Shown: piece after piece, positions 51,328-61,535 of the stretch
Numbering within the stretch: position 1 is the stretch's first letter
Layout of the letters: each line of letters begins with the position of its first letter
NCBI GenBank assembly: GCA_963726195.1
Contig: CAVSBO010000005.1
Location: 64,001 to 128,000, forward strand
Direction of reading: 5' to 3'
From: Candidatus Thorarchaeota archaeon
GTDB lineage: Archaea; Asgardarchaeota; Thorarchaeia; Thorarchaeales; Thorarchaeaceae
Length of the DNA stretch: 64,000 bases
Program-made: the position numbers and the translations under genes
Notes under the pieces: generated by a model
Database searches by the model: none
What the model saw: only the letters and a program-made list of their open reading frames with translations
Told to the model about the DNA's origin: nothing

Positions 51328-52614
51328 CTATTTAGTATAGACGGCAATCTTGTTGCCCTTATCAAAGACGAGTATCTTCGTCCTTGAATCTTTGGCAATC
51401 CACTCATCGACAACAGCCTGTGGGTCGTCTACCTTCTCAAGATGTGCCGCTTCAACCGTCTGAGCGTCCAGATTGGTGTACATTTTCACGCAACTGATTC
51501 GTTTGAGCAGCTCTGCAAACTTGTACGCCTTGTGCTCGTATAGATGGTATTGACCGTGAATGGTACTGAGCACCTCGTCGAGCGGAGCGGTTAACTTGCG
51601 GTAGAAGTTCTCAATGGCCTCTTCTGGCGCAACGCCATCCTTGCATTCGGCTATCAACAGAATCTCACCGCCATCGGCAACTGCATTCTTGGTCAGCTCA
51701 ACTGCCCTTTGGGCATGATAGAGACTCTTGTCTTCAGGATAGCCGCCGGGAGAAACTATGATTCTCGGCACCGGCCTGACACAGAAACTGTCCGTTTTGT
51801 CGACCGACTCGATGCCGCCCTCTATCACGGGCTTGAGGAGTCCGGCATCAGCCCAGACTAACTTATTGTCATCGGAAACGACTGCCAGTGCGAACGCCTT
51901 TGCCCCCTTGGTGATGATTTCCATCGCTTCTCTCATGTCATCAGCAAGCGGGTTGTCTCGTCTATTGGGGTCCGGATGATATGGGTGTCGTCCGAATGTA
52001 GACCTAGGATCCAAAGCCATGGCATGATTCGCTTCGATTGTCGCAAAGGCGCAGACTCCCGGGAGGAAATCCTTCAGAGCATTTGAATACCCACCGAAGT
52101 AGTGAGCTTTCATATCGGAAAGTGCGACATAGACATCATGACCAGCTGCTGCCGAAGAGATGATGACGGGCGTGCCTCTGCTTGTTGTGCCCAAGTTGAC
52201 TACATCGGTATCATGACAGTCATTAATCTTAACTCTGAAATTAATCAGGCCCGCATCCTTTGAGGCCCGGTTGATCATATCAACAATCTCTCGGTTCCCT
52301 GGATGCTCGACCTCGTGAGAGCCGGTTGTTATAATGAATTGAACATGGCTGGCGTCTCTTAGTGATGGCATGACGGCATTGATGAGTTCCCAGCGAGGCT
52401 CTTCCCTCGTATGATCCTCGACGAGGACACAAACACTCTTGCTCTTTGTCAAACTTGCCAATGAAGGGCCATGGGGGTTTTCCATTACATGTCTTAGTTC
52501 GTCTAGAGTATTTCCCCTGACCTGCGGATTCTTCGGCGCAAGCACGCCTGCTAGATTTCGCTTTGGTATCTCAATCTGCACTTCTCCGCTGCCGTTTCTC
52601 AAGCTTACTTTCAA
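51328..52614 (-). CDS. larA: LarA-family nickel-pincer 2-hydroxyacid racemase/epimerase
   Basis: EDHTR, TGSH, HYFGGYS..LK..LPG, GGYPED..LYHAQRA, AECKDG; likely TTG start at 52614. Confidence 0.85.
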   Translation of the reverse strand: MKVSLRNGSGEVQIEIPKRNLAGVLAPKNPQVRGNTLDELRHVMENPHGPSLASLTKSKSVCVLVEDHTREEPRWELINAVMPSLRDASHVQFIITTGSHEVEHPGNREIVDMINRASKDAGLINFRVKINDCHDTDVVNLGTTSRGTPVIISSAAAGHDVYVALSDMKAHYFGGYSNALKDFLPGVCAFATIEANHAMALDPRSTFGRHPYHPDPNRRDNPLADDMREAMEIITKGAKAFALAVVSDDNKLVWADAGLLKPVIEGGIESVDKTDSFCVRPVPRIIVSPGGYPEDKSLYHAQRAVELTKNAVADGGEILLIAECKDGVAPEEAIENFYRKLTAPLDEVLSTIHGQYHLYEHKAYKFAELLKRISCVKMYTNLDAQTVEAAHLEKVDDPQAVVDEWIAKDSRTKILVFDKGNKIAVYTK

Positions 52615-52728
52615 GTCTGATGCCCAATCTAGGTTGCACTGAGTTGCTGAAAAGGCTTCACTAGTATGCACTCTGTTCAATATTGCATACCGAAACTGAT
52701 ATTCACAAATGTCGCCGAGAATGGGTCT

Positions 52729-53070
52729 ATGGAGAACTCGGCGAACCGGGAACAGAGCGGGTTCGGCGGTGCTGGCAAGTACTTGGCTGTGGCCTCTGAG
52801 CTGCCCTGCACAATCGTGGCAATGCTTTTCGCCGGGCAAATAGTGGGAGCCTCCATATGGGGCGTACAAGGTGGCGTCTGGGGCGCTATCATAGGAACGG
52901 TTGCGGGATTCATCCTAGGTGCCTATGGGGTGTACGTCACGGTGGGCTACTTTGATAGATTGGAACGAGGCACTCACCTGAAGGGCAAGTATATGCCGAC
53001 TCCTGATGAGATAGCTGAGGATGTCGTCTTCCGTCTAGATGAACAAGAGCCCGATGGTTCTACTTCGTGA
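52729..53070 (+). CDS. AtpZ/AtpI-like small membrane protein
   Basis: LAVASEL...G...G..W..IIG..AGF..G pattern; next to ATP synthase genes. Confidence 0.5.
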   Translation: MENSANREQSGFGGAGKYLAVASELPCTIVAMLFAGQIVGASIWGVQGGVWGAIIGTVAGFILGAYGVYVTVGYFDRLERGTHLKGKYMPTPDEIAEDVVFRLDEQEPDGSTS

Positions 53071-53680
53071 ACTCCGAATCGTCTGAGTCGAGGACTCCGG
53101 TTATGATCTTCGACGCGTTTCTTCCAACGCCTGCGATTATGATCTGGATCAGGAGAGCTATGAAGAATGCACCTAGGGCCCATGTGAAGAGGCGCAGCGA
53201 AATGGAGTTGTAGGGAGCTACGAAGGGGTAAAGGATATCCTTGTCCAAGAGGTACCAGATATAGAACCCGGTCACTCCCATCAAGACAGTCAGAATCGCA
53301 TACATATACACGACAGTCTTCACTCGCGGAGTGTCCAAGCGAACCGTCTGAAGAGTGGGTCCTGTTACTGCATCACCTATGCGTCGCGATCCTCGAATGA
53401 AGATGCTTATTGCCGCGAGGAATATGCTTAGAGTCAAAATGCTGCCTATCAACAAAAGTAGTATCTGTACGTCAGTGCTTAGTCCCGGGATGATTCGCGC
53501 GACGTAGAACGCCGCGAGTGACCCTAACATCACAATGACCGACAGGATCTCAACAACGAAGCTGATAATCGCCGAGCTTCTGAACAAGCTGCCGATATCG
53601 AAAACCTCTGAATGCTCGCGTGCAGCTGACTTGCCTTCACCTGTCGTCTTGTTCACTCTCGCGATTGGAGTAACTGCCAC
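53060..53680 (-). CDS. 4-TM hypothetical membrane protein
   Basis: 206 aa with four hydrophobic segments. Confidence 0.7.
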   Translation of the reverse strand: MAVTPIARVNKTTGEGKSAAREHSEVFDIGSLFRSSAIISFVVEILSVIVMLGSLAAFYVARIIPGLSTDVQILLLLIGSILTLSIFLAAISIFIRGSRRIGDAVTGPTLQTVRLDTPRVKTVVYMYAILTVLMGVTGFYIWYLLDKDILYPFVAPYNSISLRLFTWALGAFFIALLIQIIIAGVGRNASKIITGVLDSDDSEFTK

Positions 53681-53836
53681 TTATGTCAACTACCCGCGAC
53701 TAAAGTCGTAGGCTTGCCACTGCGATCCGCGGTAGGAACTCCACCTCGTCATTTCGCGCGACATTCGGGCGGTTGACTTGCGCCCTCCCGACCACAGCAT
53801 TGCCACGGTCGGACGTGATTCTTCAGTCTCAAGCTC

Positions 53837-53967
53837 ACATTTAAACTCGTATGTCACGGGCGGCGATTCCTCCCCCAACTGAAGTTGGGGGTCTCCTCGC
53901 CGCGTTTCTCTATGAACTCTTCTTTTGGCTGCTCACGGGTTCTTTGTCAGAGGATGAGTTTATATGT
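53837..53967. promoter_or_regulatory. Divergent TATA pair with an inverted repeat between them
   Basis: ACGAGTTTAAATGT (minus, 53837-53850) and ATGAGTTTATATGT (plus, 53954-53967); CCCCCAACT-GA-AGTTGGGGG at 53872-53891. Confidence 0.5.
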
Positions 53968-54024
53968 TGCGTCCAGGCTGCAGGCCTCGTTTCCCCCATG
54001 ACCAGAGAAGGCGGTCTATGGAAC

Positions 54025-55089
54025 ATGGCCACCAAGGCTGCAAGTGAATATGCATTCGTCAACGCCCGGATTCGCGGCATCAAGTCGTACTTTCTGCCTG
54101 TCGGTGAATACGAGCGTCTGTTGCAGTCAGGTAGCTACGAGGATTTCATCAAGCTTCTTGCAAACACGCACTATGGACCAGTTATGCAGAGAGAGTCTCC
54201 TCAAGGCATGCCCATGCCAGACGAACTGGCGATTATTCTCTCGAAGGATTTCGTTGAGGTCAGCTATAGCATCTCGCGGTCTCTCACGGGAAGAGTCAGC
54301 TGATTTTACGCGGGCATACACAGGCATGTTCTTGGCTGAGAGCCTAAAGTCTCTCATTCGCGGAGTACATGTCGGTCTGGAACGAGACGAGATACTCAGG
54401 TTCTGTGTACCTACCTCCCCGGCACAGGCGGAGGTGTTTTCTCAGCTGGCAGATGCCGGGTCGATTCAGAAGCTGATTGACGTTGTACCTTACCGAGACG
54501 TGAAAGTGGCATTGCTCACAAGGCTTCCTGCGTACGAAGAACTTGACTCAACTGCACCACTCGAAGTAGCTCTTGAGGAATGGTTCCTTAGATCTGTTCT
54601 CGAAGCTCTGAGAGCTTCCCAATTGAAGACCGACGACGTGTGATGAATCTTCTTGAGACTCGGGTTGATCTTCGAAATGTCATGACCATGCTGCGCGCAC
54701 TTGTGCTAGGGCTGGACGCGCGCGCAGTTGAGATGTCATTGGTCCGGTTTACGTTTAAGTCGAAAGCGTTGGTGGAATCAATGAGGGGTCAGACTTCTTG
54801 GCGAGATGTGTTTACGCGGCTAGAGAAGACGAAGTATGCGCAACTCGCAGGCAGGCTTGCCCGGCTGTACGAGGACAGTCAAGATCTGGCGAATGTGGAA
54901 TTGGCGATTGAAGATTACATCGCGCAGCAGGTGAAGCTTCTTATGAGCGCTTTCCCGTTCCACCCTGGTACGATTCTAGGCTTCTTCAATTTGAAGTTCT
55001 ATGAGATTCGAAACATCCGGTCAATTGCTGTGGGAATCGAACGAGGCGAACCAACTGATACAATAAGACGCATGATTACAATTTGGTGA
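54025..55089 (+). CDS. atpC: A/V-type ATP synthase subunit C (two frameshifts, ~54298 and ~54612)
   Basis: YAFVNARIRG...L..THYG; VDLRNV...LR; KFYEIRNIRSIAVG, spread over three consecutive frames. Confidence 0.85.
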
Positions 55090-55105
55090 CGGAGGACAAG
55101 ACCCA

Positions 55106-55510
55106 TTGAATCCTAATACATCTATAATCAAATCTGTTGCAATGGTTGCATTCTCTACGCTCTTTGCCACGCTGATGTTAGTCTCTTCGATGTGGTTTGT
55201 CAAATCAGCAGCCGTGGGTTCATTGAGCTTTCAGCCAAGACCGATTCTGGAACAACTGATTGCCGAACCGAGCGGATGGGCAATACTCGGTGCCGCAATA
55301 GGCGCGGGCTTGGCCGTTGGTCTCGCGGGTGTAGGCGCGGGCCTAGGCATGGGAACTGCTTCGGCAGCGGCACTAGGCGCCATTACGGAGAAGCCGGAGA
55401 CCTTTGGTAAGAGCATTCTGTATGTTGTGTTCATTGAGGCTATCGCAATCTACGGATTCGTCATTTCATTCCTTTTGCTCGGGTATATTCCGACCCTGAT
55501 TGGAGCATAA
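55106..55510 (+). CDS. atpK: A/V-type ATP synthase proteolipid subunit K (c)
   Basis: GLAGVGAGLGMG, EKPETFGK, FIEAIAIYG. Confidence 0.93.
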   Translation: MNPNTSIIKSVAMVAFSTLFATLMLVSSMWFVKSAAVGSLSFQPRPILEQLIAEPSGWAILGAAIGAGLAVGLAGVGAGLGMGTASAAALGAITEKPETFGKSILYVVFIEAIAIYGFVISFLLLGYIPTLIGA

Positions 55511-55646
55511 GAGGCTGAGTGACTTCATTCAGAGGCGATGGACTCTTCGGACTGGCTTGGGGTCCAGTGACGAAGGATAGAATGAACCAGCAACGCCTTC
55601 TTGCAGGATTGCGATTGAAGACGGAGTGCCGAGCTCCTACAGGATT

Positions 55647-56276
55647 CTAGTCAGGCTTTGCTTTCTCAGTAAACAGTATCTTTGCAGCGGCGTCCCTGAT
55701 GGAGCCCGCAAGTCGCTGTGCACGAGCTTCAAGGGTATTGTCCACGGACTTCAAGTGGTCGGTTGTCCTGATTATTAGGCCGCCCGATGACCTGATAGTA
55801 TCCTTGGCGATAGTGACAGAGACCTTGTCTCCAGTGGCCTTTGTGATCGCTCTAGCAACCTCAGCTACGTCGATGCTTGTTTTCATCTTCTGTGGCAGCA
55901 CAAGTTCCAATGATTGAGTGCCTAGCGCCACTCCTCCGTCCACAGCGAGCCGATTGAGGATGTCTTTGCTTTTCTTCCCTTCAATTTCCTTTGTTGCTAC
56001 GGTAGTCGCCGAGTCGAGGACATCTTTGATGACAATCTCTTTTGCATCCAGCATCCTGTACTTTGCCTTGAGCTTTGCACTTGCCTCTTGCCTAGCCAAC
56101 TCGGCTTTGAGTTCCTTCTCCGCCTTGGCTGTTGCTGAATCAGTGATTGCGGCTGCCTTGTCCTTTGCCTCTTTGAGCCGCAGTTCTCTGAGTTCTTCAG
56201 CCTCTTTCATCATCTTGTCTGCCTTTTCCGAAGTCTTCGTCTCAATGAGGTCAAGTATGCCCTTTACACTGCTCAT
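55647..56276 (-). CDS. atpE: A/V-type ATP synthase subunit E
   Basis: N-terminal coiled coil; SGGLII...VDNTLEAR...AKILF. Confidence 0.88.
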   Translation of the reverse strand: MSSVKGILDLIETKTSEKADKMMKEAEELRELRLKEAKDKAAAITDSATAKAEKELKAELARQEASAKLKAKYRMLDAKEIVIKDVLDSATTVATKEIEGKKSKDILNRLAVDGGVALGTQSLELVLPQKMKTSIDVAEVARAITKATGDKVSVTIAKDTIRSSGGLIIRTTDHLKSVDNTLEARAQRLAGSIRDAAAKILFTEKAKPD

Positions 56277-56277
56277 C

Positions 56278-56604
56278 TCAGGATTCCTCCCCCAGTAGCA
56301 TCTTAACGACAGTCTGGATCGCAGCGGTTCTCCGGTTGCGTCCGGATTCCTGTATCCTTGACACATAGGCCTCCGTTCCAGAATTCACTTTCTGTTCTAT
56401 CTCTGCTTTCTTCTCGTCAATGTCTGACTTCAAGATGATGGCTGCTTGTTGTGCCTGCCCTTCGGCCTCTTTGAGAATCCGCTTCACTTCTTCTTCGGTC
56501 TGTTCCTTCAATTCTTTGACTCGCCGCTGGGTCTCCTCGATTCTCTTGGCCGCGTCTTCTTCAGCTTGATGAATCGTTTCTATTTCGTCATTGCCTGCGC
56601 TCAT
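56278..56604 (-). CDS. atpH: A/V-type ATP synthase subunit H/G (peripheral stalk)
   Basis: IHQAEEDAAKRIEE coiled coil of 108 aa, directly upstream of subunit E. Confidence 0.75.
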   Translation of the reverse strand: MSAGNDEIETIHQAEEDAAKRIEETQRRVKELKEQTEEEVKRILKEAEGQAQQAAIILKSDIDEKKAEIEQKVNSGTEAYVSRIQESGRNRRTAAIQTVVKMLLGEES

Positions 56605-56811
56605 CGTGGAACTCTCCGAAATGGCGAGTTGAGGTTCTCGCGGCTAATCACCTGATAAACATTGACCTGTATTGGCAAATCGTCCGGTGCGAGACTTGTG
56701 GGGCACTACGTTTAAATCAGCCCTGCCCGCGCTGACGTCACTCAGCCTCGTTAGTGTGTGCTTTCGAGGTCCGAGCGTGAAACGAACTCAGATGCCACGG
56801 TGACGGCAGAA

Positions 56812-58998
56812 ATGCGTCTATCAATGAGTCCTGCGAGCATGGTTATCGCCAAGGTGGTCTCACACAGAGACCTCGAGAGGCAGGTAGTGATGGCGCTCGA
56901 GGAGTTCGGCCTTTTCGAGTTCATAGATGTCCGTCATCAAGCGGGTCTCTCCGAGGTCAAAAGATCCCGCGAAGAGGAGACCGTCTACTCGGTGTTCGAC
57001 AGGTGCTCCAACCTTGTGACTTTTCTCAAATTGGACGTTCAGCGTCGTAGTCCTGTCCCGATCGAAATCGATGACACGAGTCTGTCTGGTTCTCTCGATT
57101 ACGTCGGTGGCGTGATCAAGTCTGTAGAATCCGAAGCTCTGGAACTTCAGAAGAACATTGCATCGGCCCGGCTGGAGTTTGACCGACAGCAGAGTACCCG
57201 GGACGTGGCGGCATCATTGAAGCCGCTCGGACTCGACCTCAGTAGAATAGGCACGACTGAGTACACGTTCACGACCGCTGGAGTTATTCCAACTACTCAT
57301 GTCACACAGCTTCAGTGGAGTCTTAGCGAAGTTACGGAGGGAGCGTTTGCTTCAAAGTCAATCGCCGTGCGAAAGGGCATGTCAGTAGCAACCGTTATCG
57401 TGCCTGTCGATCGGAAGCCCGCGGTTCAGCGCATTCTGTCTGCACTGGGATTCGAAGCATTCGAAGTGCCTGAGAAAACAAGTGGGCGCCCCGATGATAT
57501 TGTGCAATCGGCGACAAAGAGAATGGCAGAGCTCGAGCATGAACTCGACGAGCTTGAGTCAAAGAGGAAGTCCATCGCTAGGGAGTGGGGCAATCGCATT
57601 GTCGCTGCTTGGGAGATACTTCAAATTGAGCGCAAACGGATTGAGGTCAAGTCCTTCCTCGCTTATACTGAGCATTCAGTGAAGGCTTGGGGCTGGATTC
57701 CGGAAGGCTCAGAAGAGCGGCTTGAGTCCCTTCTGCGTGAAAGGGTCGGGACCGCTCTTGACGTGAAGTTCGACCGGCCTGATTTTGCAGAGGAAGAGTC
57801 CCCAACATATCTCACTAATCCGTCTTTCATGAAGGCGACAGAGGGCGTTGTAACTGCATATGGTGTTCCGTCGAAACATGACTTGGATCCAACAAAGATC
57901 ATGTTTCTCTCGTTCCCATTGATATTCGGATTCGTGTTCTCAGACGTGGGCCAAGGATTCATCATTCTCCTGATTGGCCTGGCAGCTTGGAGGTCGGTGC
58001 GCAAGGGGCAGAACTGGGGATCCACCATGGGATACTTGCAGGCAGGTGCGCAGGGCTTGATGATGCTAGGCGTCTTTGCGATGCTGGGCGGGCTCTTGTT
58101 TGGCAGCTTCTTCGGTTCCGACACCGTGATACAGCCCCTCTGGCCCCTTTTTGCACACACTCTGTCAAACGGGACGCCCAATCCCTATCGATCTGCACAC
58201 ATGCTGAAACTGTCAATCGAAATTGGTGCGATTCATATCACGCTAGGCATCGTGCTGAACCTGTATAACAAGCTGAAGCATCATTCGTATCGCGAAGCAC
58301 TTGCGGCACTATCATACCTTTGGCTTTATCTTGGCTTCATCAATCTCATATTCGGCGTGAGCTACAACAGTGTGAGTAGCTGGTTCAGTTCCACAGGTGG
58401 AGTCCATCTATGGGTTCCGATCCTGGGTCTCGGTCATGGAACAGGCGACAATGGTATCTATCCCTTGCTACCGATAAGTCCTTTCATCTTTACGATAGGC
58501 ATGTTCATTGTTCCTTTCATTGTGATGGCAGTCTCATCGGCGATGGGCGGCATGGAGGGTGCTGTCACATTCCTCGAGAACAGTATTGGCATGATTAGTC
58601 ACACAGTGAGCTATGCCCGAATATTCGCCTTGAACACAGTACACGTGATACTGAGCAGCGTCTTCATGTCCCTGCCTGCGTTATACGTGATATACTTCCC
58701 GCAGATTTCCATTCTCGGAGTCAACATAATCCCTGCAAGCTTCGCCGTTCAGGAGGCAGGCAAGACGGTGCTGCTTCAACCCCAAATACCTCTGCTTGGG
58801 GCGTTCATAGGGTCCATCATTGTCGGATTCCTCGAAGGGCTTATCTCCTTCCTGCAGACACTGAGGTTGCACTTTGTTGAATGGTTTAGCAAGTTCTATC
58901 ACGCAGGCGGAGTAGCCTTTGCCCCGTACCATGTGATTCGTCTTCACACTCTTGGCTCAAAGGTCGCGTCAGCAACACAGACGCAAATGAACACCTGA
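56812..58998 (+). CDS. atpI: A/V-type ATP synthase subunit I (a)
   Basis: GWIP, PTYLTNP, YGVP...DPT, FSDVGQG, SHTVSYARIFAL, QTLRLHFVEWFSKFY. Confidence 0.95.
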   Translation: MRLSMSPASMVIAKVVSHRDLERQVVMALEEFGLFEFIDVRHQAGLSEVKRSREEETVYSVFDRCSNLVTFLKLDVQRRSPVPIEIDDTSLSGSLDYVGGVIKSVESEALELQKNIASARLEFDRQQSTRDVAASLKPLGLDLSRIGTTEYTFTTAGVIPTTHVTQLQWSLSEVTEGAFASKSIAVRKGMSVATVIVPVDRKPAVQRILSALGFEAFEVPEKTSGRPDDIVQSATKRMAELEHELDELESKRKSIAREWGNRIVAAWEILQIERKRIEVKSFLAYTEHSVKAWGWIPEGSEERLESLLRERVGTALDVKFDRPDFAEEESPTYLTNPSFMKATEGVVTAYGVPSKHDLDPTKIMFLSFPLIFGFVFSDVGQGFIILLIGLAAWRSVRKGQNWGSTMGYLQAGAQGLMMLGVFAMLGGLLFGSFFGSDTVIQPLWPLFAHTLSNGTPNPYRSAHMLKLSIEIGAIHITLGIVLNLYNKLKHHSYREALAALSYLWLYLGFINLIFGVSYNSVSSWFSSTGGVHLWVPILGLGHGTGDNGIYPLLPISPFIFTIGMFIVPFIVMAVSSAMGGMEGAVTFLENSIGMISHTVSYARIFALNTVHVILSSVFMSLPALYVIYFPQISILGVNIIPASFAVQEAGKTVLLQPQIPLLGAFIGSIIVGFLEGLISFLQTLRLHFVEWFSKFYHAGGVAFAPYHVIRLHTLGSKVASATQTQMNT

Positions 58999-59041
58999 CC
59001 AACGCGTGTGTTGGGATATGGTCTCCGTAAACAAGAAACAG

Positions 59042-61409
59042 TCATTGCTGTCCTCCAGTGCCCAAGTACAGAGCCGCTCAGCTCGTTATCACCCATGTAG
59101 GTTGGGGTCTGATCGGTATCCATTCTCTGTCTGTTATCCCAGACGCTTCGTGCAATCAAGTCCGTCGTGCGAGCTTTGTTATCGACGCTCTGAGCGGCCT
59201 CGGCGTCTCCGATGTTCTGGAACATCTGGGCCGCGACGGTGTAGCTGCCAACAGCTTCTCTTAGTGCGTCGCTAGCCTGTGAGAAGTACTGCTTGGCTTT
59301 GGACGTGTCCCCTTTCTTAGAGAAGACCTCTGCAAGAAAATCGTTTTTGGCCCCAAGAAGCCTGGACAGGTCGCCCCTGAACTTCACGACGACGCCCTGC
59401 AGCTGTTTCACCTGTGAATCCACGTTGTTCTTGCGCCGGATCTCTTCGCCCTTAACACTGTTCAGTTCATTCGTCGCCGCTTCAAACGCCGCGACAGTCT
59501 GTCTGATTCTCTTGATTGTATCGTCGTGAAGCGTCACCGTACTGTCAGAAGCATCGTCTTCTTGAAATTGCGCCATTTCATCCTCGAATTCCTTGAGGGC
59601 ATTCGCCCGTGAGAGTTGTGCCTTGAATGCCCATTGCTCTGACTGCTTGGCAAATATCTGGGCCTCCGACGCGTACGCGGTCGAAAGAGCTAGTTTGCCC
59701 AGGTCTGTCAATTCATCAGCTTCCGGCGTTTCACCTATGACCTTGTAATAGGAGGCCGCGTCAGACGCATGGAGGTTCTCTAGAATCCTCGAGAGAATGA
59801 ACTGAACTCCATGCTGTTTCTGCGAACTCACTTGAAACTGGATGACGTACTTGAGATGACTCAGCATCGCCAAGGTTCTGTTCCTAAGGTTACCCACCTC
59901 TTCGTCATCAGATTCCAGACTAAGGAGTATTCCTAGACTGCTCAAACCCTCTCTGACAGAGTCGAGAGCCCCCGATGGGTCCGAAGCTGGCTTTGACCCC
60001 GCTTCATCAAGTGACTTGCCCACAATCTCAATGAGTGCTGTCTTCCTGAGGTCTTTGGCAAAGTCAATCTGGCCCTTTATGGAACCGATGTCACCTGTTT
60101 GCTTGGTCAACATGTCTTCAATGAATGAGAATATCTTGAGGTTCTCCTTAATAGCTGCAACCAACTCTCGCGCCTTAGCAAGCTTCTCTGCTTTCTTGAG
60201 GTCCTTGAAGATTTCCGCAAGCACGGTCATGGCTTCTTCCCTTGTTGTTAACCTCAAGGAGCTCGGAAAGGGTTGGGACCGAAGCTTCTGCTCTACAGAA
60301 CAAGGATAGAGCTTTCTTCTGCTCCTTATCATTTGCAGACTGTTCCGCGTTGCTCTGAAGAGCAAGCACCTCTTGGAAGCACTTCTCTGCGCGGCCAAAT
60401 GCATCCGATGACTCTTGGTAAAGCTTGGAAGCATCCTCGAGATTGCCCGACCTCATCTGCGCGTCAGCAATGTCGTTGTAGGTCATGGCCATATAGACCT
60501 CACTTAGGCCCGCCGTATTCTGTTTCCATGCCTTTATCATCGACAAGCGTTGCTTGTCCGCTGTCTTGCTCTTTTCGAACAACGGTAGAGCTTCATTGTA
60601 CAGGTCCGTCGCCTGTTCGAATATGAAGGAGCTAAGCATGTCGCGTGGAATCAGTTCATCAAATGGATTGAACGCCTGTCTGAATGTGCTCTCGGTGCCT
60701 ATGAGTTCGTTGAGGAACTCGTCATAGAACTCCGCTTCTGCGGTCTTACTCCTGCTTTGAATGTCTGCTGAATCTGCCTCTTGAGCTTTGGATGACCCCG
60801 TGATCAGGCTCAAGGCCATGTGACCCAGCGCCACTCTTCTTAGCTTCTGTGCGCCGTCAGTCTTTGATGGAATGGCTGAGAATGGTTTCTCCAATAGGCT
60901 GTACACTGCGGCTAGGTGTCGTGAAGCTTCTTTTTTCTTGTCCTCATGTTCGCGTTCAACGAATGGGCCGCTTGCAGCGGCGGCTTGATGTAACCAAGCC
61001 AAGACCCTTGCCATCCACATCTCAGACATGTTCTGCTGAATTTCTTCTTCAAGATCTTTCAGGCCCTTGGAAAGCTGCTCCTGACTCCTGGCTCCGAGCT
61101 TTCAATCTTGCTTCTTAGATATGCAACGTCAAACTCCTGACTCATGGCAGCCTCAATGAATTGGGCGGCTTCATCATAGAGCTGTGTGAAGGCATCATGC
61201 ATTGCCACGCGTTTCTTTTCGAGCCCTTCAGTGTCATCGATGTCGTGGAGGGCGAACTCGCGTACTGCATCTTGAGCCATTATGTTGAGCTCGAAGAGTC
61301 TGCTGGTATAGACTGTCACTTCCTCTTCTTCCGACTCGACAGGTGTAGTGTTTACTACCTCTACAGGTTTGGACTGCTTGCGTTTCGAGGCACGTGGTTC
61401 ATTGCCCAA
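59042..61409 (-). CDS. Long all-alpha (TPR/SNAP-like) protein of ~790 aa, split by probable frameshifts
   Basis: ORFs 61059-61409, 60175-61029 and 58944-60434 join through single frameshifts near 61095, 60240 and 59077; repeats such as GNLEDASKLYQES and GDTSKAKQYFSQA. Confidence 0.6.
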
Positions 61410-61535
61410 TCAGACTAACCCCAGCAGTAGATTCTCTTCTGAATGAGTCTTCCGCCCCTATACTTAAGAATACCTTGGGGGAACAATCTGTTTTTCAGCA
61501 CTCACGCCGACAGGAATAATCGAGCAGAGAAGTTC

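Noticed and set aside
53690-53910. RNase P RNA (GGGGGAGGAA after a hairpin on the minus strand)
   Set aside because: The other conserved regions, including the 3' ACAGAA...GCUUA strand of P4, are missing.
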